The notes under the pieces: generated by a model
Seen by the model: only the letters and a program-made list of their open reading frames with translations
The model's database searches: none
What the model was told of the DNA's origin: nothing
Shown here: positions 7,402 to 15,557 of the stretch, one piece after another
Numbering within the stretch: position 1 is the stretch's first letter
Layout of the letters: each line of letters begins with the position of its first letter
Program-made: the position numbers and the translations under genes
Assembly: GCA_964008345.1 (NCBI GenBank)
Contig: CAXGBK010000072.1
Location: 1-32,867, forward strand
Reading direction: 5' to 3'
Length of the DNA: 32,867 nt
From: an uncultured Coxiella sp.
GTDB lineage: Bacteria > Pseudomonadota > Gammaproteobacteria > Comchoanobacterales > Comchoanobacteraceae

Positions 7402-7968
7402 TTAGTCATAGCCATTTGTTTTGGCCTGCTGTCTTAAATTATGAACCATAGTAATCAACTCAGAAATATCCTCTTGACTGATACTATCGTCGTTTATCTT
7501 ATACTGCTGCAAATAAGTATAAAACGCATCGATGACCAATCTGTTCTGTATACAAACATCATGGTCTCTTTCTATCTGCAGTATTTGCTTATACTCTGAT
7601 GCTATATAGCCTAGCAATATTAAACCTATATTCCCGGTCACGAGCATTGGTATAATAAATATAGATGCCACACTTAATAACATAAACTCGACAAGCGTCA
7701 ATAAACCAAGTGTCACCAGCATGGCCATGCTAATATACAACCGGTGGTAATCCTGTGCGATGATGTTCTTTAACTCTTCACCAAGACCTAATGGCAATAC
7801 CGCGTCGCATTGTGACTTCTTATAAGAGTCTGGATTCTTCCCGTAGAAGTCTTTTAACAAAGACTCAGAAATAGCATGATGATTTCTAGCTGGAGCACTA
7901 CCACTTTTATTCGAATGCTCCAATACTTTAGAAATCTTACTGACCAAAAGCATATCTAATTTTTTCAT
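7402..7968 (-). CDS. Hypothetical membrane protein with a central hairpin of adjacent hydrophobic helices
   Basis: The track ORF starts at GTG 7977. ATG 7968 (MKKLDM...) is preferred because AGGTGGG lies 4-10 nt upstream. The central ~55 aa are hydrophobic (ISMAMLVTLGLLTLVEFMLLSVASIFIIPMLVTGNIGLILLGYIA). Both flanking regions are hydrophilic. Confidence 0.6.
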   Translation of the reverse strand: MKKLDMLLVSKISKVLEHSNKSGSAPARNHHAISESLLKDFYGKNPDSYKKSQCDAVLPLGLGEELKNIIAQDYHRLYISMAMLVTLGLLTLVEFMLLSVASIFIIPMLVTGNIGLILLGYIASEYKQILQIERDHDVCIQNRLVIDAFYTYLQQYKINDDSISQEDISELITMVHNLRQQAKTNGYD

Positions 7969-8004
7969 AGTACCCACCTACCGATTATCATTGCAATTTT
8001 ATAG

Positions 8005-8022
8005 CATATTAAGGACATATTA
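8005..8022 (-). promoter_or_regulatory. Direct repeat TAATATG-N4-TAATATG (11-bp phase) abutting an extended -10 (TGCTATAAA, 8006-7998)
   Basis: The minus strand reads GG-TAATATG-TCCT-TAATATG-C-TATAAA. The -10 ends 29 nt upstream of ATG 7968. The layout resembles response-regulator direct-repeat sites that replace a -35. Confidence 0.35.
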
Positions 8023-8032
8023 CCAGAAAAAA

Positions 8033-8047
8033 ATACAATTATTGTAT
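8033..8047. promoter_or_regulatory. Perfect palindrome ATACAAT-T-ATTGTAT; candidate operator, copy 2
   Basis: Identical 15-mer to 5182-5196. It lies 65 nt upstream of ATG 7968 of the minus-strand membrane-protein gene. Confidence 0.45.
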
Positions 8048-8389
8048 TCACCCCCAAGCTACTAACCAAAAACGAACACCTATCCACACATCGTAACAAA
8101 ATACGACCTCCTTATAATCTCAATTGCACAAACACAACCCATTCGGTATATTTAATCGATACCGAAAACCACAACCCAATATGTTAATACCATGCCTTTG
8201 CCAGCTTATTCGAAAATGTAATCGCACAAAGTCCAATGAAACGGAAACAAAAAAATTCAAAAAATTAAGAAATCATAACAATGAAGAAACAGAATTAGAA
8301 CAAGAATCGGATTCAGATTCGGATTCAGAAAACCGTGACGGATACAACAAAAAAATTGAACTAACTGGCAATGGTCAACACCTGGTAAT

Positions 8390-9451
8390 CTAATCAGATA
8401 ACTTTAACCATACGCGGCTTCCTTCTTCTCCTAACTGCTTTTCTATAACATAGCCATGATTTTCTAACATAGTAATTAGCTGCTTGGCATTTGGACACGA
8501 CTGATGTTCAAGATACAATTTAGGCAGTGATAATGAACTATCCAGCTGCACAGACGACTCCAACACATGGTGATACCACTGACAGTCCATCAATGCCAAA
8601 CGTTTTAATTGTTTTGCATGTGTTATAATATCCCAAAGTAACTTGGTATTATTGGCGTTGAAAGACTGAGAACTTATAATACAAGCCTGCAAATTTGAGC
8701 CAGCACGCAAAACAGCTGTTAAAAGCTTATCCAGGGCCTTATCACTTAAAATGGTCACCCCTGTACTAAAAATAGTCAAAGAATCCGACAAACATAACAT
8801 ATGGTGAATCAAAAGCTCAAGACCAACTGCAGAACAGGTCATTGCAGACAACGCAACCCTTTTCAAACCATAACCATCATTTGCAAATGCCCACATAAAA
8901 GCGCGCATATGTGTCATATCCCATAAACTAGACCCAAAATCCAATTTATCCAAAGCAATAGACTGCGACGCACACAAAGATGAAAGAATTTGAACGCGAG
9001 GTAAACTCATCGACATCGCACCTAAATCTAATGACTCAATAGTAACACCATGATCATGTAACCACGTACTAAGCGCACGCCAAGCGTCTAAACTGAATCG
9101 TGCTTCACCAAGTTTAAGATAACGGATATGTTCAATATTGTGCAATCTACCCAAAAAGGTCATTAGACTATCCAATGACCAATCGTGAACACCAAAATCC
9201 AACAAGGCAATACGCGATTGAGCAACCAACACCCTATTCAATATACAATCTAGCACCTCTATGCGCATTGGCGCATCAAAACAAATAGAATCAATCGCTA
9301 TAGGTGTGCCAGCAAACAATTTCTCACAATTAGCCGGTACAAGAGAACTTAAAAAGAGGCCCGTATCCTGCACATGACCAGACCAACTATCCATAATAGA
9401 ATTCTTTGAATTTTTTCCATAAATGACACGAAGAGTCGATCGCATAACCAT
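8390..9451 (-). CDS. Leucine-rich-repeat protein, ribonuclease-inhibitor (RNI)/NLR-like 28-29-residue repeats
   Basis: 353-aa ORF with at least six repeats of ~29 aa. Examples are IESLDLGAMSMSLPRVQILSSLCASQSIA, LDKLDFGSSLWDMTHMRAFMWAFANDGYG, LKRVALSAMTCSAVGLELLIHHMLCLSDS, LTIFSTGVTILSDKALDKLLTAVLRAGSN and LQACIISSQSFNANNTKLLWDIITHAKQ. ATG 9445 may be the true start (AAGGA with 7-nt spacing). Confidence 0.75.
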   Translation of the reverse strand: MVMRSTLRVIYGKNSKNSIMDSWSGHVQDTGLFLSSLVPANCEKLFAGTPIAIDSICFDAPMRIEVLDCILNRVLVAQSRIALLDFGVHDWSLDSLMTFLGRLHNIEHIRYLKLGEARFSLDAWRALSTWLHDHGVTIESLDLGAMSMSLPRVQILSSLCASQSIALDKLDFGSSLWDMTHMRAFMWAFANDGYGLKRVALSAMTCSAVGLELLIHHMLCLSDSLTIFSTGVTILSDKALDKLLTAVLRAGSNLQACIISSQSFNANNTKLLWDIITHAKQLKRLALMDCQWYHHVLESSVQLDSSLSLPKLYLEHQSCPNAKQLITMLENHGYVIEKQLGEEGSRVWLKLSD

Positions 9452-9506
9452 ATCCTTAATAAAAATACTACAAGTTTATCTTAACAAATATTACAGACAA
9501 AGTAAA

Positions 9507-9537
9507 GCATATCTTAACATTAATGTAAGATATGTGC
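9507..9537 (-). terminator. Imperfect AT-rich hairpin downstream of murG, possible dcw operon terminator
   Basis: The sequence is gcatatcttaacatt/aatgtaagatatgtgc: a 13-14 bp stem with one bulged A. On the minus strand it is followed by TTTACTTTG. The stem is AT-rich and the U-tract is interrupted, so support is weak. Confidence 0.3.
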
Positions 9538-9554
9538 CATAAAAGCGTAACACA

Positions 9555-10664
9555 CTAACCATCATCCTTTACAATATCCATATCCATATGTTGTGAGCAA
9601 TGACTAACGATATCTCTAGCAGCATGTGGCTTAGCCTCACGTAGTGCACACCGACTCATACGATCACGAACAGACGCGCCCATCAATATAGATTGGATAT
9701 GCTTAACCGCAACACCCTTAAATTGCGATTGTGCAATGAGGGATACCGCACCGCGCTTTTGATAATATAGCGCATTACATAACTGGTGATCATCGCGCGA
9801 ACCTGGCAATGGCACCAAAATACTTGAAAGCCCCATCGCCAATATTTCTGATATAGTCAAAGCCCCTGCTCTGGCGATCACCAAGTCCGTTGTCTGATAC
9901 ACGTTATAGATATCGTCTATAAAAGTATGCACCGATGCATCGATAGATCTCTCAGCATAAGCCTGGGTTAACCACAGATGATCCGCCGCACCGCACTGAT
10001 GCGTTACACTTACGGGAGCAGACAATTTAAGATCGGCAATAATTTCAGGCATAACTCGATTTAAAAACTGTGAGCCCTGACTGCCACCCATTACTAAAAT
10101 ATGAAAACCAGACCGATCGGCTAAGTCCCCTTTGTCGCTATTAGCTAAGTGATAATCTACCAATACCCTCCGTAATGGATTCCCATATGCCATAACCTTA
10201 TGCTTATAGGATGCAAAAACACCCTCGTAGGCAGTATATATCGTTGTAGCCAAAGGTGCGAGTAGACGATTTGTCCATCCTGGAACACAATTTTGTTCAC
10301 AAAGAAACAAGGGAATACCCAATAATTTAGCCCAAACACCAGCCGTAAAACTCACATACCCACCTGTGGTGATAACCCCGCTAGGTCTATAACGAACAAA
10401 ATAATATCCTGTCTGAAAAAAAGCATAGCACAACGACATAAAGGCTTGTATAGCCGCTACCAATTTCACCCCTCGAAACGGCTTTACTACTAAACTATGG
10501 GTAGGCCATGGTGTATTTGACAAAATGGTTTTTTCCACATCACGGCTTGACCCTAGCCACACCACGTCTTCTTTTGGAAAATAATGCGCCAATGACAAGG
10601 CAGGCAGGATATGACCCCCAGTACCACCAGCTGCAATCAAAATTTTCTTACTATCTTTCGCCAT
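9555..10664 (-). CDS. murG: UDP-N-acetylglucosamine--N-acetylmuramyl-(pentapeptide) pyrophosphoryl-undecaprenol N-acetylglucosamine transferase
   Basis: 369 aa with the N-terminal G-loop IAAGGTGGHILPALS. The position after ftsW is conserved. The stop/start overlap with ftsW is TAATG (1 nt). Confidence 0.95.
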   Translation of the reverse strand: MAKDSKKILIAAGGTGGHILPALSLAHYFPKEDVVWLGSSRDVEKTILSNTPWPTHSLVVKPFRGVKLVAAIQAFMSLCYAFFQTGYYFVRYRPSGVITTGGYVSFTAGVWAKLLGIPLFLCEQNCVPGWTNRLLAPLATTIYTAYEGVFASYKHKVMAYGNPLRRVLVDYHLANSDKGDLADRSGFHILVMGGSQGSQFLNRVMPEIIADLKLSAPVSVTHQCGAADHLWLTQAYAERSIDASVHTFIDDIYNVYQTTDLVIARAGALTISEILAMGLSSILVPLPGSRDDHQLCNALYYQKRGAVSLIAQSQFKGVAVKHIQSILMGASVRDRMSRCALREAKPHAARDIVSHCSQHMDMDIVKDDG

Positions 10665-11818
10665 TATGAATATACCAGTTGTGCGTGATACTTATGACTC
10701 GACACCTTTTTGATACGACATTGCATCGCAAAAAACAATCCAAAACCCATTAAAATCGTCACCAAGTTGCTCCCCCCGTAACTAATTAATGGCAAAGCCA
10801 ATCCTTTTGTCGGTAACAAACCAATATTCACACCCACGGCAATACTAACTTGCATAGCAAACCAGCTTGCTAAGCCTACCGTGTAATAAGCATAAAACAA
10901 TTGATTTCTTTTAGCAAAGTTGTACGACCAATAGTACAATCGCAATACCAAAAGCATATACCCCAATAACACACAACACCCACCTACAAAACCCAGTTCC
11001 TCACAAATAATAGCAAACACAAAATCCGTATGCGCCTCTGGCAAATAAAAAATCTTTTGCAAACTATTACCAAGACCGACACCCCATAAGCCCCCGCGAC
11101 CAATAGCAATCAAAGACTGTGTTAATTGGTAACCTGAGCTGTAAGCAAAAGCCCATGGATCCATAAAACTGGTAACCCGCAACAACCGATACGGCACAAA
11201 CCTAATCAAAAAAAATGCTGCCACCGTAGCACAAGCCAATAATACGACCAAAACCAATGCCGGCAATCCCGCAAGCCACATCATATGAAAAACAATACAA
11301 CTCAGTACGATAGCCGAGCCAAAATCCGGCTGCAAAAACAACAACACATCACACACCGCCAATAAAGAAAAAATTGCTGCTGCATCAAGCAGGCTTAAAT
11401 GACTGCTATTTCTTCTCTTCTTTGAACAATATCCCGCAACAAAAATAATAAAACAAAACTTGGCCAATTCAGAAGGCTGCAACATAAAAAACCCCAAAGA
11501 AACCCAACGCTTTGCACCATTCACCACAACTCCGAAACCAGGCAAATACACCACCATCAACAATAATAAGCTTATCACTAAAAAAGCAACACGATAAACT
11601 GGCAATTCCGACACCTTGACACGAAACATCGTATAGAAAGCCAAACAGCCAATACCTAAATGTACAAAGTGTTTTTTCAGAAAAAAAATCGAGTCATGAA
11701 AATGCTTCTCCCCTAAAAAAAGCGTTGTCGAAGCAACCATGACAACACCGAGCAACACCAAACATGTCAGTAGCGTAAACAAGTAAGTATCCACAAAACG
11801 TAGCGCAATTTTTTTCAT
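10664..11818 (-). CDS. ftsW: SEDS-family peptidoglycan glycosyltransferase / cell division protein FtsW
   Basis: 384 aa with about 10 TM helices. Contains the motifs LQPSELAKF and PEAHTDFVFA. It lies between murD and murG and overlaps murD by 4 nt. Confidence 0.95.
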   Translation of the reverse strand: MKKIALRFVDTYLFTLLTCLVLLGVVMVASTTLFLGEKHFHDSIFFLKKHFVHLGIGCLAFYTMFRVKVSELPVYRVAFLVISLLLLMVVYLPGFGVVVNGAKRWVSLGFFMLQPSELAKFCFIIFVAGYCSKKRRNSSHLSLLDAAAIFSLLAVCDVLLFLQPDFGSAIVLSCIVFHMMWLAGLPALVLVVLLACATVAAFFLIRFVPYRLLRVTSFMDPWAFAYSSGYQLTQSLIAIGRGGLWGVGLGNSLQKIFYLPEAHTDFVFAIICEELGFVGGCCVLLGYMLLVLRLYYWSYNFAKRNQLFYAYYTVGLASWFAMQVSIAVGVNIGLLPTKGLALPLISYGGSNLVTILMGFGLFFAMQCRIKKVSSHKYHAQLVYS

Positions 11819-13146
11819 ACCAACGAGTCTATCATCAAATGTTGCAGCAGTTCTTTAAAATGCTGGCCACGGTGCATATAGTTTTCATATTGATCAAAAC
11901 TGGCTGCGGCAGGAGAAAAAACGACAATATCCTCATGCGACATCGTTTCAATAGCTAGTTTTATTGCCTGTTTTAAGTTGTCCACAGGCGACACAGCTAT
12001 AGAACCCAAAAGCTGATCCAAAAAAACATCTTTATCTTGGCCAAAGACAATAGCGTGATTAACATACCGGTCAACCCATAGCGTCATTTGACTAAAGTCC
12101 TCATTTTTCGTAACACCACCTGCGATCCAAATCATTTTTTTATGATATTTTTGATAAACGCTTTCTAATGCATAACGTGCCGCAGCCAAGTTAGTAGATT
12201 TAGCATCATTATACCAAGAGCCCTTATCCGATGGTTCAAATTGACAACGATAGGGCCAAGGCTGAAACGACTGTAATGCAGTACGCTGGTGTTCCTCAGA
12301 CAAATGCAATAAAGAGGCAACTTTACGGGCTGCCAGCACTGGAGAGCGCAAAAATTCAGAAACATCGACCATCTGCTTGAGTCTAGCTTCGTCATGATCC
12401 GCAATATTTATAGATTCCGGTAAAATATGAAAGGCCTTATGATTATCTAATTTATCTCCATACCTATCTAGCACATTCTGCGTACAACACACAATATCCG
12501 TAGACTTCAACAATTTCAATTTAGCATCCGCATAACAATCCAAAGATCGATGCCAATCCAAATGATTTGGATAAATATTCAGGACAACACCAATATAAGC
12601 ACGCATAGACTGCGTCCAGTACAATTGAAAACTCGAAAGTTCTACAATGACATAGTCGTATATCTGCTGATCTTCTTTAAATAGAGATAATACAGGCTTT
12701 CCGATGTTACCTAGCATACAACAATTATGACCAGATACGCTAAGCATATCATGCAGTAACTTCACCACCGTGCTCTTACCATTAGAACCTGTTACAGCAA
12801 TAACAGGTACCGTACAGTCATCCAGAAATAGATCAATATCACTACAAACAGCAGCGCCGATCTGCTGAAGGTACTCGATCACGGGATCATCAGGCTTAAT
12901 GCCAGGGCTAATAACAACTCTTTTTGAATTTGCAAGCATACCACGATCAAAGCCTCCCAGTGAAACCGTCACCTTAGAAGCGTCTAGCCTTGAGTCTTCA
13001 AGCTCTGACTTCAATCGTATCCAAGTGGGCGGCAAATCACGACTGTCGGTTACACCAACACGCAAACCTTTAGAAACACAATAGGAAACGGTTTCATATC
13101 CCGTGGCCCCCATGCCTAAAATGCAGACATCAAAATTGCTATTCAT
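11815..13146 (-). CDS. murD: UDP-N-acetylmuramoylalanine--D-glutamate ligase
   Basis: 443 aa. Has an N-terminal Rossmann motif (ILGMGATG) and the Mur ligase P-loop VTGSNGKSTV. Consistent with dcw gene order. Confidence 0.95.
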   Translation of the reverse strand: MNSNFDVCILGMGATGYETVSYCVSKGLRVGVTDSRDLPPTWIRLKSELEDSRLDASKVTVSLGGFDRGMLANSKRVVISPGIKPDDPVIEYLQQIGAAVCSDIDLFLDDCTVPVIAVTGSNGKSTVVKLLHDMLSVSGHNCCMLGNIGKPVLSLFKEDQQIYDYVIVELSSFQLYWTQSMRAYIGVVLNIYPNHLDWHRSLDCYADAKLKLLKSTDIVCCTQNVLDRYGDKLDNHKAFHILPESINIADHDEARLKQMVDVSEFLRSPVLAARKVASLLHLSEEHQRTALQSFQPWPYRCQFEPSDKGSWYNDAKSTNLAAARYALESVYQKYHKKMIWIAGGVTKNEDFSQMTLWVDRYVNHAIVFGQDKDVFLDQLLGSIAVSPVDNLKQAIKLAIETMSHEDIVVFSPAAASFDQYENYMHRGQHFKELLQHLMIDSLV

Positions 13147-13158
13147 GACCCCTTTTAA

Positions 13159-14190
13159 CTACATCATCCAAATAGTACTTATACACAAAAAAAACAGGCC
13201 AATCAACCAAAAACGTATAACAACCGTCACCTCATGCCAACCAAGGATCTCAAAGTGATGATGTATAGGTGCCATTTTAAAAAAACGCTTCTTTGTATAT
13301 TTGTAATACAACACCTGGATGATAACGGAAAAAGCTTCTATGATAAAGAGCCCAGCCATCAGTGCAAATAACAACTCCGCCTTTAAAGCCATTGCCACAG
13401 TAGCCAATACAGCACCAAAAGATAACGATCCCGAATCGCCCATAAAAATCTTAGCCGGGTAACAATTATACCAAAGAAAGGCTAAACAGGTCCCTATCAA
13501 AGAAGCCAAAACGATCAAAAGCTCCTGGAGCTCCTGAAGATACCAAGCAGGCAACCACGGAGCATCTGCCCAACCGTTTTTCAATCCCAAGATATACAAC
13601 GACAAACCAAAGGCAACCTGGACAATAGGCACAGATACAAGTCCATCTAAACCATCCGTAATATTCACACTATTCGTGCTACCGAGAAGCATCAACAATA
13701 AAAATACGATATAGCCATATCCTAAATCAATATGGTACCAAACATTAGATAAGGGCCATTTTACATGGACTAGAGAATAACTTTCATCTACGAAGTACCA
13801 TCGCCATAAAAAAATCGTCAGTCCGCATATAAAGATTTGTAAAAGTAACTTCTGGCGCGGCCGCAATCCCCTATCATTATTTTTGTAATATATTTTGCTT
13901 ATGTCATCTACCATACCCACCAACATATGTAAAAACATACTAGATAAAACCAACCAGCCAAGCCGATTCCCAGGGAGCAAATAACATAAGCTATTTACGC
14001 AAACCGCTACAACAAGACCCACACCTGCCATCGTAGGAATATTTTTCTTCAGAGTATGCGCAGGACCATCTTCTTGAATAAATTGCCCAATAGATTGTGA
14101 CTTAAGCCACTCTATAAACCACGGCATCAGCAAAAAGACCATAAAAAAACTGGTCAATCCAGCAAAGAATGCACGCATCACTAGTATCAC
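13159..14190 (-). CDS. mraY: Phospho-N-acetylmuramoyl-pentapeptide transferase
   Basis: 343 aa and polytopic. Contains NSVNITDGLDGL, MGDSGSLSFG and PIHHHFE. Overlaps murF by 4 nt. Confidence 0.95.
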   Translation of the reverse strand: MILVMRAFFAGLTSFFMVFLLMPWFIEWLKSQSIGQFIQEDGPAHTLKKNIPTMAGVGLVVAVCVNSLCYLLPGNRLGWLVLSSMFLHMLVGMVDDISKIYYKNNDRGLRPRQKLLLQIFICGLTIFLWRWYFVDESYSLVHVKWPLSNVWYHIDLGYGYIVFLLLMLLGSTNSVNITDGLDGLVSVPIVQVAFGLSLYILGLKNGWADAPWLPAWYLQELQELLIVLASLIGTCLAFLWYNCYPAKIFMGDSGSLSFGAVLATVAMALKAELLFALMAGLFIIEAFSVIIQVLYYKYTKKRFFKMAPIHHHFEILGWHEVTVVIRFWLIGLFFLCISTIWMM

Positions 14191-15554
14191 GCTACCCCAA
14201 CCCCTTCTTTCAATCGTCGACTGACCTTATCCAGAGCCAATGCTCTAGAACCTTTCATTAAAATAACCAAATCTGCTTTTTTTGCGGCAGCGGTCAAAGC
14301 CAAAAGCAAGCCATCGTGATTCTGAAAATGCGCAGCAGATTCCCCTGTGTAAAATGCATGCATAATCCTAGATGCATCACCAACCGTATACAGGTGTGTG
14401 ATCCCATAGGCTACCCGCAATTTTTCAGCAATAACTTGGTACCAATACGCTGCCTGATCTCCCAGTTCATACATATCGCCTAAAACAAGACATTTCTGCT
14501 TCTGTGGCATATCACGCACGCACTGCAAAACAGCTTGTAGTGCATAAGGATTGGCGTTATAGCAATCTTCCATCAACAAGGCACCCGATAACAATCTGGT
14601 GGACGAAAAACGAAAATCTGGCACAACAAAAGATTCAAGCGCAGAAGCGATAGCGGCAACTCCAACCCCAACAGCCTGTGCCATGACGGCAGCACACAAA
14701 GCATTCGAAACTTGGAAAAGGCCAGGAACAGAAAGCTTTATGGAGCCCAATGGTTTATTAGCCGCATACAGCCGCCAACGATAACAAACCGCATTATCTG
14801 GCTCAAGCACATCAGCATACCAATTAGCTTTCCCTGGATTTCGCGAATAATATGCAATATTCTTCCCACAAGCTCGCTTTTGAAATAACGATTTAAAAGG
14901 ACTCGCCACATCAATCAACACCATACCATCAGCTGGCACTGCGGCAAACAGAAACGATTTCTCAAACGCGATCGTTTCTTCATTTTGTAACCCTTCTAGA
15001 TGACAAGAGCCTATATTGGTAATTAGTGCAACATCAGGACGTGCCATATCGGCCAAGATAGCCATTTCACCAGGGGCATTGATTCCTAATTCAAGCACAA
15101 CCCTTTTTACATCTTTCGGCTTATTAAGTATGGTTATAGCCAATCCCAAGAGATTATTGTTATTCGCTTTTGTAGCATGAACAGGACCGACCTCGGACAT
15201 AATAGCTGCCAGCATCTCTTTGGTTGTGGTTTTTCCGGCACTACCTGTTAATGCTAACACCTGCACATCAGACCAACACGATCTATAGTACTTAGCCAAG
15301 GTTACCAAGGCATCCATTGCCGATATTACACGAATTTGGTCGATTACAACATCCGTCGACCGCTCCGCAATAACGGCCAAAGCACCTTTGTTTTTAGCTT
15401 CTGCAATGTAGTCATGACCATCTACATTTGCCCCCTTAAATGCGACAAAAATTTGCCCCGGCCTTAGAGTGCGCGTATCGATAGAAAAGCCAGAGCAATA
15501 CGCATCGACAGATAATTCACTACCTAAGACCCTGGCGATATCAGCTACATGCAT
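14187..15554 (-). CDS. murF: UDP-N-acetylmuramoyl-tripeptide--D-alanyl-D-alanine ligase
   Basis: 455 aa with the P-loop LTGSAGKTTTKEM. Consistent with dcw gene order. Confidence 0.95.
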   Translation of the reverse strand: MHVADIARVLGSELSVDAYCSGFSIDTRTLRPGQIFVAFKGANVDGHDYIAEAKNKGALAVIAERSTDVVIDQIRVISAMDALVTLAKYYRSCWSDVQVLALTGSAGKTTTKEMLAAIMSEVGPVHATKANNNNLLGLAITILNKPKDVKRVVLELGINAPGEMAILADMARPDVALITNIGSCHLEGLQNEETIAFEKSFLFAAVPADGMVLIDVASPFKSLFQKRACGKNIAYYSRNPGKANWYADVLEPDNAVCYRWRLYAANKPLGSIKLSVPGLFQVSNALCAAVMAQAVGVGVAAIASALESFVVPDFRFSSTRLLSGALLMEDCYNANPYALQAVLQCVRDMPQKQKCLVLGDMYELGDQAAYWYQVIAEKLRVAYGITHLYTVGDASRIMHAFYTGESAAHFQNHDGLLLALTAAAKKADLVILMKGSRALALDKVSRRLKEGVGVA

Positions 15555-15557
15555 GTA

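Noticed and set aside
8124-8393. 89-aa ORF (TTG start; ATG at 8181) encoding a K-rich then SDSDSDS-containing peptide
   Set aside because: Not reported as a feature. It has no SD, a non-ATG first start, low-complexity sequence, and an overlap with the convergent LRR gene stop. It is kept only as a finding to check with expression data.
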